A stretch of 63,827 bases of DNA, counting the filler, from Stramenopiles sp. TOSAG23-6 (lineage: Eukaryota), in NCBI GenBank assembly GCA_900128565.1. It is 3 parts of 3 records of this genome, joined end to end, with 100 filler letters (N's around TTAATTAATTAA, not from the genome) between each part and the next. Parts side by side here need not be neighbours in the genome. Positions count along the whole stretch, not along the records: positions 1 to 22,182 come from LT636018.1; 2 more parts are not named here. One strand, 5' to 3'. The number at the start of each line of letters is the position of its first letter. Position 1 is the first letter of the stretch. The position numbers and the translations under genes were made by a program. Shown here in pieces: positions 1 through 10,601 of the stretch. The notes under the pieces were generated by a model that saw only the letters and a program-made list of their open reading frames with translations, searched no databases and was not told the origin of the DNA.

Positions 1-86
1 AATATTTCAAAAAAAAAACTAAAATTTGTTAGGTACAAAATTTCGTACGAAAAAAAAATTGGAATTTTAAAAAAAATAAAACATAC
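1..86 (-). mobile_element. Repeat-family non-canonical intron, truncated by window start
   Basis: Minus strand AT|GTATGTTTTATTT..TTCGTACGAAATTTTGTACCTAAC..TTGAAATATT. Confidence 0.8.
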
Positions 87-1395
87 ATACCTGTAAACCC
101 AACAAATAATTTACAACATCAATCGTATTATGGTAACATGTGTTTGAAGCAATAATCAAGGCAGATGCACCATCATCATTTCTTGCATCTAAATTTGCTA
201 TAGAATGAGTCTTAATAGTAATACCAACCTTCTCTGAACTTTTTTTAATATATTCCTTTGAATGTTCTATCCATTCAACAATTTCTTGTATAATATCTAA
301 ATGGCATTCATAACAAGCTTCTAATAGTGCTGTATTACCATTTTTTCCCACTGCATTGATATTGACACCATGAAGAAGGAGAATTGAAACAAGATCGTCG
401 CGGTTATTTCGTGCAGCAAGAATGAGGGGCAAATTTCCGTAATTATCACAAACCTCATAATTAGCCCCATATTCAATCAATGTATTTATACAACGATCAG
501 ATGAATATTCATTGTTACAAGCCAGAAGTAGAGGAGTTTTACCACTATAATCGCGACTTTCAATAAATGCACCAATTTTTAGTAATGCTATAATACTATC
601 AGTAGCGTCATGTAACACTGCAATCATTAGAGCAGTCTTGCCCTTTCGATTGCGAGTTTCGATATCTGATATTGACAATTTGTTACAGTTTTTAAGTGGT
701 GGTGTTGGTGGTGTTTTTGTTGAAGATGTTGTTTTAGTAGTGTTGCTATTATGTTTTATAGGCGCAAGTGCATAAATGACTGAAATATGGGAATACATTG
801 AAGCATACATTAAAGGAGTATGTCCACTATTATCTACAACATTCAAATTATGGTGATATTTTGCGAGTTTTAGTACGACTGTTGCATGACCATAAGACGC
901 GGCAGCATGAAGTGGAGTAAATCCAAACTTATTTCGTCTTTTTGTGTCTGCGCCTTTTGATAGAAGATATTGAACGACTTGAGCATGGCCACCAAATGAT
1001 GCCATAATTAGCGACGTATTTCCACACTCACGATCATGTACATTAACTGATACCATTAATTTACCTTCAGAATTTCTCAATATTAAAAGACGCTCGAGGT
1101 CTTTTTTCATCCCTAATCCAGCCAAGCATACTAAACAATCCGAGAGTAACTGCCGTTTTTCTAATTCCTTTAATTTTACGTTTGAATGACTGTTCTCCAA
1201 CTGTACAGAATTTTGCGCCTTCTTACTACGTTGATTATCCCGAAACTTCACTTCGTGTTCAATACTTTGAAACCATTGATGAAGTCTAGTTCTAGCTACA
1301 TCTTTTGAAAAACCTGCAATCAAAGTCTTTGGGTGTACTTTAGGTGATATCAACCTAGCTTTAGGGTTATTATGTACATGTGAAGTATTTATCAT
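87..1395 (-). CDS. Ankyrin-repeat protein, 5' part; continues past the window start after a repeat-family intron
   Basis: Many ankyrin motifs (GNTSLIMAS.GH..VV.YLL, GFTPLHAAA, GHTPLMYAS, GKTALMIAV, GKTPLLLAC). First ATG taken at 1395. Confidence 0.85.
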
Positions 1396-1700
1396 GTCTC
1401 TATTTTTTTTGTCGCCATTTGGTACAGAATACTTTATAAAAAAAGTTTTGGTTCGTGTGTTATATATAGTTGACTTGAACGTTAATGAAAAAAGTGAGAA
1501 ATAACCGTCAATTTTACTCAATTTTTTTTACTCAAAACCGAGATGGATTAGGGTTAGGGCTTGTATGTTGGGAAAATTGAATAGAGAAAAAAAATAAGTA
1601 CATTGTTTAATTAATGCTCTACAAAAAAGTAACTCTTCGAAATTATACTCAACCTCTTGGAGTTTTCTCAAAGTAAAGTAACTTCATGGTGAAGCTAAGA

Positions 1701-2276
1701 TTATACTAAGGAAGCGCGTTCTTGCATTTCAATTTCTGAAGGTAATGTGACTTTTCGTTTTTTTTTATATTTACTTGAAGGCGTTTGAATTTTTCTATCA
1801 TGATCATGTGTAGGAGAAAGCGTAAATATATCTTCAATACGAATATCCTGCATTTCCATATTCATACAGAGCCATTCACCAACGACATCCATCAACGTCG
1901 CAGCTAAAACCGTCACTAACCATGACTGCCAATCGCGAGGGAAGGAACGTTTATATGCAATAGAGAAAATCATGTGTATAAAGTAGAAAGTCACAGTGAA
2001 GTCAAGACACTTTTTTACTCGCTCAACAATACGATATACACAGACGCCCCCGAATAATCCAGAAATAAGCCATAATATTGAGTTTGCTGTTGCTTGGCCA
2101 TCCCGAAACGTCAGTCGATCGAAATCAAATAAATGACCTAGGCCAACACTTTCACCATATATACCATGTGATATTACACCAAGTAGAATCCCAAATACAC
2201 AATATATTGAGCTTTGGAGACATATGATTTGCCAAGTAATGAAGGTAGGATCAAATGCCTCGTTTCCATACAACAT
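1701..2276 (-). CDS. SYS1: SYS1-family Golgi membrane protein
   Basis: FDP..I..QII.LQ..Y N-terminus, VER.K.CLDF..T....H, W......GEWLCM..EM.DI; four hydrophobic segments. Confidence 0.85.
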   Translation of the reverse strand: MLYGNEAFDPTFITWQIICLQSSIYCVFGILLGVISHGIYGESVGLGHLFDFDRLTFRDGQATANSILWLISGLFGGVCVYRIVERVKKCLDFTVTFYFIHMIFSIAYKRSFPRDWQSWLVTVLAATLMDVVGEWLCMNMEMQDIRIEDIFTLSPTHDHDRKIQTPSSKYKKKRKVTLPSEIEMQERASLV

Positions 2277-2664
2277 GACTCAAAAAGTTTCTTGAGGCTG
2301 ACGACGAAAAAGGAATATTATAAAGAACACATTACTAGTCCTACACTGGGGCAAGAAAATTTAATATATACTGCATTCCTATGGCACAACTAACGACTGA
2401 TATCTCAAATGAATGAATGGAAAGTTATTGAAGAATTCAGAATTTCCACTATTTGAGTATCTACGATGAGTCTTCTTCTTCTCTCTGTTCTCTTCTCTCT
2501 CCACTACTCCGAAATTCGAATGAATGGACCGATGTCAAGACTGACCAAGGATATCCTTGGACTGACAACCAAACTGACGCGACGTTTTACGACGTCACGA
2601 CAGAAACAGGTTTGTTACGTGCTGTAGTTGACTGTAGTTGACTGTCGAAAAGCAACCTAATACC

Positions 2665-3591
2665 ATGTCAAAACTTGCACAAGATGCCATAAATGTGACT
2701 CGCATATGGCTTATGAAAAAAGCGCGTGGAGTTGAATCGATGCGCGAAATGAATGATATTCTTCGTGACTGTCACACTGCAAGAATAGATAGACTTGGTG
2801 AAGGCATCAAGCGACAAATTACTTTTGGTGATACAGAAAATACACAAGTTACAATACAGGTATTTGAACGACCCGGTGATGCAATTGGAACAGTAGTGTG
2901 GCAAAGTGCAAATGTAATGTGCACTGAATTTGCAAATGCTGGTCGTTCAATATTTTCTGGAAAAAAAGTTATCGAAATAGGAGGTGGAACTGGCGTTTGT
3001 GGAATTGTTGCGGCAATGTTAGGTGCAAATGTTACAATTACTGACCGTTCGGATGTACTAAGTCTTATCGAATCTAATGTAAAAATGAATATAGATGAAA
3101 TAGAAATTGGTGGAGGTTCTTGTAATGTGAAGCCTTTTGACTGGGAAAACGTATCATCCTTAAAACTCTTAACTTTAGAAACAAAATTTGATATCATAAT
3201 TGGCTCAGATATTATTTATCAAAAAGCTTCTTTTAAGCCACTTTCTAATGCGTTATCATATTTATGCCCAAGGTGTGCAGTAAATGACAACATTTCAAAC
3301 ACTGCAGCTATAATACTTGCATATAGAAAAAGAAATATTGATTGTGAAGATATATTTTTCCAAAACATACAAAAGATCGGTTTTTCACTGAAAATACTTC
3401 CCAAAAATGGCAATTGTTTGAATGATGATGATGATGAATCGCATATATTTAATAGTAAGAATGATCCATATTTATATTCTTTGACTGATGATAAAAAATG
3501 TGGCGATCTTGGGGTTTCATTTACGTCAGAAGTTGATAAAATTAATCTTTTCCTTTTACGTAATAATGGTAATAAAACGTCTTGTGATTGA
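2665..3591 (+). CDS. METTL21/Family-16 lysine methyltransferase
   Basis: IGTVVWQSA, VIEIGGGTG.CGI, V.ITD, FDW, DIIIGSDIIY motifs. Start codon uncertain. Confidence 0.85.
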   Translation: MSKLAQDAINVTRIWLMKKARGVESMREMNDILRDCHTARIDRLGEGIKRQITFGDTENTQVTIQVFERPGDAIGTVVWQSANVMCTEFANAGRSIFSGKKVIEIGGGTGVCGIVAAMLGANVTITDRSDVLSLIESNVKMNIDEIEIGGGSCNVKPFDWENVSSLKLLTLETKFDIIIGSDIIYQKASFKPLSNALSYLCPRCAVNDNISNTAAIILAYRKRNIDCEDIFFQNIQKIGFSLKILPKNGNCLNDDDDESHIFNSKNDPYLYSLTDDKKCGDLGVSFTSEVDKINLFLLRNNGNKTSCD

Positions 3592-3767
3592 AAAAACTTA
3601 TCGAAATTTGTTGGTACCGGGTATAAATAATCGTGTAACTGTAACGCGTGTTGATGTTGTCAAACTGATACTTTTATGCTTGTCAATAAAAACAAAATGG
3701 ATCATCTTTTCTTTTCATTGATGCTTCAATGAAGTTCGTATCGTTTCTTTGTAAAACTGCTGGATAA

Positions 3768-6700
3768 ATGGATGATGATATTGCAGAAACCAATGCGCAA
3801 AGGAGAATTCGACGTTTAGAAGCTCAATTAATAGCCACTCGTCGTGAACGTAATGACCTTGTTCAAAGGCAACTTCTAACAGATGTTGATATGGCTGGAT
3901 CTTCAGCTCGAATCATTATGTTTGATCAAGGTCGCAGAGCTGCGGAAAGTTATGAAATACAACGTAATCGGTCATATAAACGAAAAAGACGTCGAGAGAA
4001 TTCAAATAGATCAAGTTCTTTGCCTGAAATACTAAGTAAACAATCACGAAATAATACTACTAACTATCCACTAAGTAAACAATCACGAAATAATACTACT
4101 AACTATCCACGTCCTTTTTTAAAAAGAAACAATATTTATAGAGTCCCAGTACGATTCCAGAGATTTATCAAGATGCGAGATATGCTTCTACCGCATCAAT
4201 TTATTCGCCGCCAAATGCTTCTTGCTGGATTGAGTGTAGAGGACACTGAAATTTTTTTCAATGATAATTTTTTCACAGAGGAAACGCAAGCGTTTGATGA
4301 AAGTGTTGGAAATATGACTGAAAATTTTGAAATGACGCCAAGAAGATACCACGTATATACATCCGATATATCTGATAATGATAGTATGTTTTCTAAAGGT
4401 GGATATTCCAGAAAGTTGCAAAACGATACTACTCAAACTGTACGTCATCATAGTAAATACAGTAAAGATTTCTATGATTTGGAGTCTAGAAATGAGAGAG
4501 AAGGCTCATGCCTACCAAGAGATTTTGATAGTGATTACACATATGAAGAATATAACTCTTTAACAAGTGCTGCTCAAAGCCGCGCAACATCAACAAATCC
4601 AAAATTTTCACGAGTGAAAAATAAAACGATTGATGATCTTTCTGAAAGTAATTCAAGAATTAAGGAAGAAAAAAGATATAAACAGATTGAAAATGTTTCA
4701 AGAAAATGCGAGCAACAGAAAAGTTCGATAAAGTCTATTCAAAAAAGTGATGATAAAAAGTATAAAGCACAAACATATTTGTTGTGGGAACAATTATCTT
4801 TAAAACAAGAATCTTCTAGAAGTATTAAGAGTTATTTGAAACCTGAATTTTCTCATTATAGTCAAGAGAATCGTAGCTATTCTGGTCACTCAAAAGCGAA
4901 GAAATTAAATAAAAAACTTAATGTAACGCGAACATTGGAACAACGGCAACGCGAAAAAGTTGGCAAAGAATTACAAGTTTTGAGAGAAACATTTTTAGTA
5001 AAAGTAGTTTGTCAGTATCTTTCACGTTTAGCTAATCGTTGGAAATTTGAGCAAATGGCTCTTTTTTTACGTCGATGGCAACGAAATGTTCGGTTAATGA
5101 AACTTGAATCATCTCGTCGCATGAAATGTTTAATTCTCTGTCAACAGCGTATTCGAATATGGATTCAAAAACGAAGAGATTTTCTTGTCAAAGAAGCACA
5201 ACGATATGCAGCTATATCTAGAATACAAGCATGGTTCAGAGGATACCTTACCAAGGTTCTATTTAGCCGTTTATTACTCACTCATAAGACATTATTAATA
5301 CAGAGAGCAGTCCGAGGAATGATTGATAGATGTAAAGTTCGTTTACTGTTGAAAATAGAATTGCGTGACGTTCTACTTGCTCTTGCTACTGCAAATAATG
5401 ATAAAGTTCAAGGACGTATTGGTATTTCTGGAATTGCTAGTTTAGGAGATCTAAGTTCTGAACGACAAAATCATTTGAGGGAAGCACTCGAGCTTATGGC
5501 AAATGGAATTGCACCAATAGATAAATTACGCCTTGCAAAACAGAGAGCATTGCTTGCCACAATTGAAAGAAAAGAAGCGAATAGACTTGCTAAAGAAATG
5601 CACAAGAAAGCAACAAATGAAAATCAACAAAGAGTTAAAGCTGAAATCGAGTGGTATCATCAAAATCAAACAAAAATATATCAAGCAAAACAAACTGAAA
5701 GGCAAAAGATGCTAGATCAAATAATACACAAGCGTAGTGAAGTAGAGCGCATGCGCCGATGCGAAAAACATAAAAAACAAAACGATAAACGTTTTGCTGA
5801 AGCTTCCACCCGACTTGAAATGTTGAAGAAAAGGGCAAACAAGCGATTAAAACAATCTCGACAAAATGTAGAAATTGACACTATTTATAGAGGTACAGTA
5901 AATATAGGTTGGGGAGCTTCAAGTAAATTATGTCTTGTTCGAGCATCTAAAGAAAAAATTGTTCATAAACGCAAGATCTTGCAAATATCTCTGTTCCAAC
6001 CAGAAACTCTAAGTACATTTGCCTTTACTTTGGAAATATATGGAAATATTCCTACAAAATCCTCTGCAATCAAACGTGTTATCCAAAAATATATTAGTGA
6101 ATACTTTAACCGTGATGCTATGATTGCTGAATCCAATGCAATAGAAGAAGAAATTCGAGATCTTTTGCGAATTGAAGAGACTCTACAGTCAAAAGCTAAA
6201 GCAAGAGATATATTTCGTAGAATGGACTCCGATAATTCAGGTGTTTTGGAACGCGCTGAACTTTTAAAACTAATTCAATGGATGTGGTTAGAATTTAAAC
6301 CCGACGGTGAACTTTTGCATGAAAATATTCAAGAAAAACTCACAGCAGATTTACTTAAGAAATTTGACAGTGATGGTGATGGTGAAATGTCATTTGAAGA
6401 ATTTTTAATTTGGTTTGAAAACATTTGTAAGGTAATCTATAGTGAACGTTCGGCAAAGTTGGAAGCATATAAACAAAATAGAGCAATTGCTGCTACAATG
6501 CTACAAAAGCATTCGCGGAGAAATGTACAACGTCAAAAATATCTCAAAAGTCATTTAAATACAATTAAAGTTCAATCATTACTACGAAGATATTTGTGTA
6601 GTTCTAGAATAAGAAAACAGAATGTCCACTGTGTTAAAATCCAAACGTTTTTGCGTTCACGATTATCAAAAATTTATTACTCACGGATGAAAACATCTGC

Positions 6701-9239
6701 TGTCAAAATACAATCTTTTATGAGAGCAGTGCAAATCCGACAAGGTGTAGCAAATGAATACAATGCTGCGACAATTATAGAAGCATTTGAAAGGGGCAGA
6801 CAGGAGCGTATGCGATATCATATACGATTAAAATTAATAATGAAAAAGACAAAAGCTGCTATAAAAATCCAATCTATGGTGAGAGCATTAAAATACCAAA
6901 TATATAAGGGCAAAGTTGAAAGTGCAGCCACGTGTATACAATCCCTCACTCGTGGTTTTATTATACGAGATAAAATTTCTCATTATTTCAAAGTACTTGA
7001 TTTTGCCCAAGCAGCTGCAAAACATGTTTCTCCTATGATAGATTTGAAATTGATGAATGCGCGTTCTGAATTGTTAAATAGCTGGAGACATGCAAAGGAA
7101 CAGTCGTACATTTTACTTGAAAGTTCAAGTGATATTTTCAATCAATTTGACATCGATAAAGATCAAGTTTTGGGCGCAGCTGAAATGCTTGGGTTATCAA
7201 ACTATATATGTCGACAATTAAGACAAAGTAACTCACCAGTATCATTTCAGATACAAACAAAAGAAGCATTGGAAGCATTGGATACACCAAGTGCTAGTAT
7301 TGTTGGATCTTTTGCTGCCAGACTATTGAAAGAATTTGGAACTGCACGAAGTAAAGAAATGTCAGACAGATCTGATTGGGTTGTCCATTTTGATGCTTTT
7401 AATTTATTTTGGACTCAAATCATAGAAATTCTCGAAGAAAACCAGAGAGAATTTTTATATTCGCAGTATAGAGCTCTTCAGATAAAATATGCCGATTTCC
7501 CTCGCCTGTCAAATGAAACTACGATGAAGCACTTTCAGAATTTTAAACCTGGCGTTTATGTTTCAGTTTTTATCAAAGAAATGAGAAAAACAAACGAAGC
7601 AAAATCCATAGATAAGAAGAGTCCTTCAGATGGTGACAGCCTTCCAGATGCAGACAAATTGTTGAAATTTACGGGTAGAATATTTGCTATTGACGCTGAA
7701 TATTTATTCATATACTTTGGTGCATCTCATTCTTACATTGATGGCATTACATCTGAGATACCAGCTGAAATGAAAAGTAAATTTTCAATTAATTCTAAAA
7801 CGGTATGCAGATTCAAAAGAGATTATTCACACATGAGAATCATTGATGGAATCATAGATTACACATACTTTGACACTACTGGGAATACTGTGCAAATAAA
7901 ACGAAAATATCAAGCATCTAGTGTGTGCAATATAAGCCAAAATGCAGTATCAACTGAATACTGGATAGGTCGCAGAGTTTTGATTGATTGGATAAATTAC
8001 GACAAGGATATACCAACAAATTCCAATGAATGTTTGAGAGGAGTGATTATTCATTACAGTAAGAGTGATATCTTGCCAGCTCTAGGACTACAAACTTGTA
8101 CAACTGAAATGAATATGACATCAAATAAAGACTACAATAAAACAGATGAAGAGAGATATGAAAGTCTTTATACTGACGTTGGGAATCGCGTATTGCATTT
8201 TTTTCGAGAACTCAAAACTTGTGGTAATTCGTCGGAAGGGGAAGAAAAGTGTGAGAAACTAAGAGTTAATAATACTTCAAAGTGGCGTGTTGTTTCTATT
8301 GATAACGAAAAAAAGATTACTAAAGAAAAATCATTGATGTTTGCTTCAATTTCACCAGAGATTACAATTGGAACAAAACTCTCAATTTGTCTCTCAAAAA
8401 CTCATGGTCTTTTAACACCTGAATTAAATAAGTTTAACAAATTCGAGAAATCATCAAAATGGATCAACGGTATCGTCACTTTATGCGATGTTAATAATGG
8501 ATATACAATTGAAATGAACAATGCATTATCGAATTTACCAGACTCATCTATGAAGAATTACAATATTCCATCCACTCAAGTTGTATTGCACAGAGATGCC
8601 AATGCTGGATATTCATTTGTGGATTGTAATAGTTGGCCTGTTAAAGTTTTACTACTAGATATGATAAAATTAGAAATCGGGGATGATTCAGGGAATGTCT
8701 TTAATAACTCAGATCTGAAAGAAAATGTATTGCTGAAAGGTACAAAAATTACGAAAGATTCAGTGAATGCTTTCAACACTAAAATAGCTGCGTGCTGGAG
8801 AAATACAAAATTTATGAAATTTCCTCGAGAAAGACAAGTTTTATTTGGTATAATTTTAGATCGAAGAAATTCCAATAATACAAATATTAAAACTTTTGAT
8901 TCTTTTTTTGTCGATGGAAATTTTTCCCCAGACGAAAGTTTATTAAATGAATCAAATGAATTCTCAACTTTTAAAGAGAGAAAACTTGATACAATAGATG
9001 AAGTTGATGAGTGTAAAAATGTGAAAATTCAAGTTGAAAATCAAACTACAAATGAAATTTTGCATGTAGAAATGAATCAAGATGATGATGATGAGTTTAG
9101 TATGTTTCAGTTGTTAGTAGATTTTGGTTGTGCGTGTGATGGACTTCAAAGCTTAGAATGGAAATCAGAAGTTGATGGATTTATTGATTCGTATGGTTGG
9201 ACTTTAGATTTATATTCACTTGAAAAAACATCCAATTAA
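3768..9239 (+). CDS. Large IQ-motif/EF-hand coiled-coil protein, no introns needed
   Basis: Many IQxxxRG motifs; EF-hands DSDNSGVLERAE, DSDGDGEMSFEE, DIDKDQVLGAAE. Confidence 0.8.
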   Translation: MDDDIAETNAQRRIRRLEAQLIATRRERNDLVQRQLLTDVDMAGSSARIIMFDQGRRAAESYEIQRNRSYKRKRRRENSNRSSSLPEILSKQSRNNTTNYPLSKQSRNNTTNYPRPFLKRNNIYRVPVRFQRFIKMRDMLLPHQFIRRQMLLAGLSVEDTEIFFNDNFFTEETQAFDESVGNMTENFEMTPRRYHVYTSDISDNDSMFSKGGYSRKLQNDTTQTVRHHSKYSKDFYDLESRNEREGSCLPRDFDSDYTYEEYNSLTSAAQSRATSTNPKFSRVKNKTIDDLSESNSRIKEEKRYKQIENVSRKCEQQKSSIKSIQKSDDKKYKAQTYLLWEQLSLKQESSRSIKSYLKPEFSHYSQENRSYSGHSKAKKLNKKLNVTRTLEQRQREKVGKELQVLRETFLVKVVCQYLSRLANRWKFEQMALFLRRWQRNVRLMKLESSRRMKCLILCQQRIRIWIQKRRDFLVKEAQRYAAISRIQAWFRGYLTKVLFSRLLLTHKTLLIQRAVRGMIDRCKVRLLLKIELRDVLLALATANNDKVQGRIGISGIASLGDLSSERQNHLREALELMANGIAPIDKLRLAKQRALLATIERKEANRLAKEMHKKATNENQQRVKAEIEWYHQNQTKIYQAKQTERQKMLDQIIHKRSEVERMRRCEKHKKQNDKRFAEASTRLEMLKKRANKRLKQSRQNVEIDTIYRGTVNIGWGASSKLCLVRASKEKIVHKRKILQISLFQPETLSTFAFTLEIYGNIPTKSSAIKRVIQKYISEYFNRDAMIAESNAIEEEIRDLLRIEETLQSKAKARDIFRRMDSDNSGVLERAELLKLIQWMWLEFKPDGELLHENIQEKLTADLLKKFDSDGDGEMSFEEFLIWFENICKVIYSERSAKLEAYKQNRAIAATMLQKHSRRNVQRQKYLKSHLNTIKVQSLLRRYLCSSRIRKQNVHCVKIQTFLRSRLSKIYYSRMKTSAVKIQSFMRAVQIRQGVANEYNAATIIEAFERGRQERMRYHIRLKLIMKKTKAAIKIQSMVRALKYQIYKGKVESAATCIQSLTRGFIIRDKISHYFKVLDFAQAAAKHVSPMIDLKLMNARSELLNSWRHAKEQSYILLESSSDIFNQFDIDKDQVLGAAEMLGLSNYICRQLRQSNSPVSFQIQTKEALEALDTPSASIVGSFAARLLKEFGTARSKEMSDRSDWVVHFDAFNLFWTQIIEILEENQREFLYSQYRALQIKYADFPRLSNETTMKHFQNFKPGVYVSVFIKEMRKTNEAKSIDKKSPSDGDSLPDADKLLKFTGRIFAIDAEYLFIYFGASHSYIDGITSEIPAEMKSKFSINSKTVCRFKRDYSHMRIIDGIIDYTYFDTTGNTVQIKRKYQASSVCNISQNAVSTEYWIGRRVLIDWINYDKDIPTNSNECLRGVIIHYSKSDILPALGLQTCTTEMNMTSNKDYNKTDEERYESLYTDVGNRVLHFFRELKTCGNSSEGEEKCEKLRVNNTSKWRVVSIDNEKKITKEKSLMFASISPEITIGTKLSICLSKTHGLLTPELNKFNKFEKSSKWINGIVTLCDVNNGYTIEMNNALSNLPDSSMKNYNIPSTQVVLHRDANAGYSFVDCNSWPVKVLLLDMIKLEIGDDSGNVFNNSDLKENVLLKGTKITKDSVNAFNTKIAACWRNTKFMKFPRERQVLFGIILDRRNSNNTNIKTFDSFFVDGNFSPDESLLNESNEFSTFKERKLDTIDEVDECKNVKIQVENQTTNEILHVEMNQDDDDEFSMFQLLVDFGCACDGLQSLEWKSEVDGFIDSYGWTLDLYSLEKTSN
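4032..4109 (+). repeat. Perfect 39-bp in-frame tandem duplication (LSKQSRNNTTNYP x2)
   Basis: ctaagtaaacaatcacgaaataatactactaactatcca occurs twice. Confidence 0.9.
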
Positions 9240-9419
9240 ATAAATTCTTGATAATATCATACTTTACTAGGGTTAGGGCTTTAGATTTTAAATTTGAAAC
9301 CTACGTGGTCCTAAAAAAGTTTGACAAAAGTTTACTAATTTCTAGTACTGTATAATATAGGTACTACTGTACTGATGAAAACGACGTTAAGAATTGCACT
9401 TCATTAAATTGTATCTTCC

Positions 9420-10487
9420 ATGCTACAGGACATGTTACGATATACATCTTTTTCTACCCGAGCTCTCTCGAGAATGTCTTTATGTCGCTGTTCGAAAAGA
9501 CATTTTGGAACGAACTCTGGGTCGAAAGGAATCGCCACTCCAGTAAAGCAAGCTTGGAAGGACAAGTTTTCACGCATTCTCTCTCTAGGAAATAGTTCTC
9601 GACGGCGGGATATTGAGCGTTTGGTCCAGAATTTTACTTCCCCAGCTCTTGCATCTGCGTTACGTGATAGAGAAGAGATATTATGTGAATGTGCGAAGCG
9701 TTTACACGCGGGTGAAACTGAACGGTTAGAATCTCTTCTCAAACCATTTCTCAACAAAGATAGTATAGTAAATAGTATCAGTATACGTAGTAATACTGCG
9801 GCAGGCCCTCCTGTACCATCCACGCTATGTAATGATGTTTTAGAGCTCCTAAGAAAACGCTTATCTCGTATGCCTAGACAAATCAGCAATAACACTAGTA
9901 GACGTGCGTCAGTTGTTTTACCACTTTGTGAAGTCAATGGGTTGCCTTCAGTACTATTCACAACCCGTTCTGAAAAGGTCCGAAGATTTAAAGGAGAAGT
10001 ATGTTTTCCTGGAGGTATGGCTGACCCAACAGATAAATCAATTATTGAGGTTGGTTTACGTGAACTTGCGGAAGAAACAGGTGTGTTGGGGAAAGAAACC
10101 AAAGTCTTGGGTGTTCTACGATGTGACTGGTCCGAGTTAGCTTCAATTACTGGGGTAGCAGTAACACCGGTGGTAGCTTATATCGGAGAAATATCATCTG
10201 AACGTCGATTATCAGTAAATAGTGATGAAGTTGCGAATTATTTTACTGTTCCACTTACAGAGCTAGCTAATCCTGAGTCTTGGACTTTTCGCCAGTTTTC
10301 TGCCCCAGTATTTTCAACAGAAAATCATCAAAAAAAATCGTTAGGTACGAAATATGGTACAAAAATAAATAAATTTGAAATTCATGATGAAAATCATCAT
10401 GTTTGGGGACTTACAGGTTATGTTTTATCCAGATTCATGCAAGATGTATTATTTGCTCCTATTGATCATAAAAATGAATATACATAA
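9420..10487 (+). CDS. Nudix hydrolase, CoA-pyrophosphatase (NUDT7/NUDT8-like), possibly mitochondrion-targeted
   Basis: ASVVLPLC, LFTTRS..V..FKGEVCFPGG, Nudix box GLRELAEETG, VTPVV, VWGLT. Confidence 0.88.
   Translation: MLQDMLRYTSFSTRALSRMSLCRCSKRHFGTNSGSKGIATPVKQAWKDKFSRILSLGNSSRRRDIERLVQNFTSPALASALRDREEILCECAKRLHAGETERLESLLKPFLNKDSIVNSISIRSNTAAGPPVPSTLCNDVLELLRKRLSRMPRQISNNTSRRASVVLPLCEVNGLPSVLFTTRSEKVRRFKGEVCFPGGMADPTDKSIIEVGLRELAEETGVLGKETKVLGVLRCDWSELASITGVAVTPVVAYIGEISSERRLSVNSDEVANYFTVPLTELANPESWTFRQFSAPVFSTENHQKKSLGTKYGTKINKFEIHDENHHVWGLTGYVLSRFMQDVLFAPIDHKNEYT
10320..10399 (-). mobile_element. Antisense fragment of the intron repeat family lying in-frame inside the Nudix ORF
   Basis: Minus strand TTTTCATCATGAATTTCAAATTT..TTTCGTACCTAACGATTTTT; flanked by direct repeat gaaaatcatca at 10320 and 10389. 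Confidence 0.7.
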
Positions 10488-10601
10488 TAAAATAGTAAAG
10501 TCTAAAAAGACTAAACATTTATTTTTTGTAATCATGAAAAAAAATATGTATTTCTACATTTTAATAACCCTAACCCTTACTGTGGGTCAAAACACGTTCT
10601 A

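Noticed and set aside
2453-2641. Short ORF upstream of the methyltransferase with a 10-bp duplication
   Set aside because: No splice or duplication removal I tried joins it in frame; no recognisable motif
9404-10102. Long antisense ORFs (also 27024, 30927, 48318 and similar)
   Set aside because: Shadows of real genes on the opposite strand
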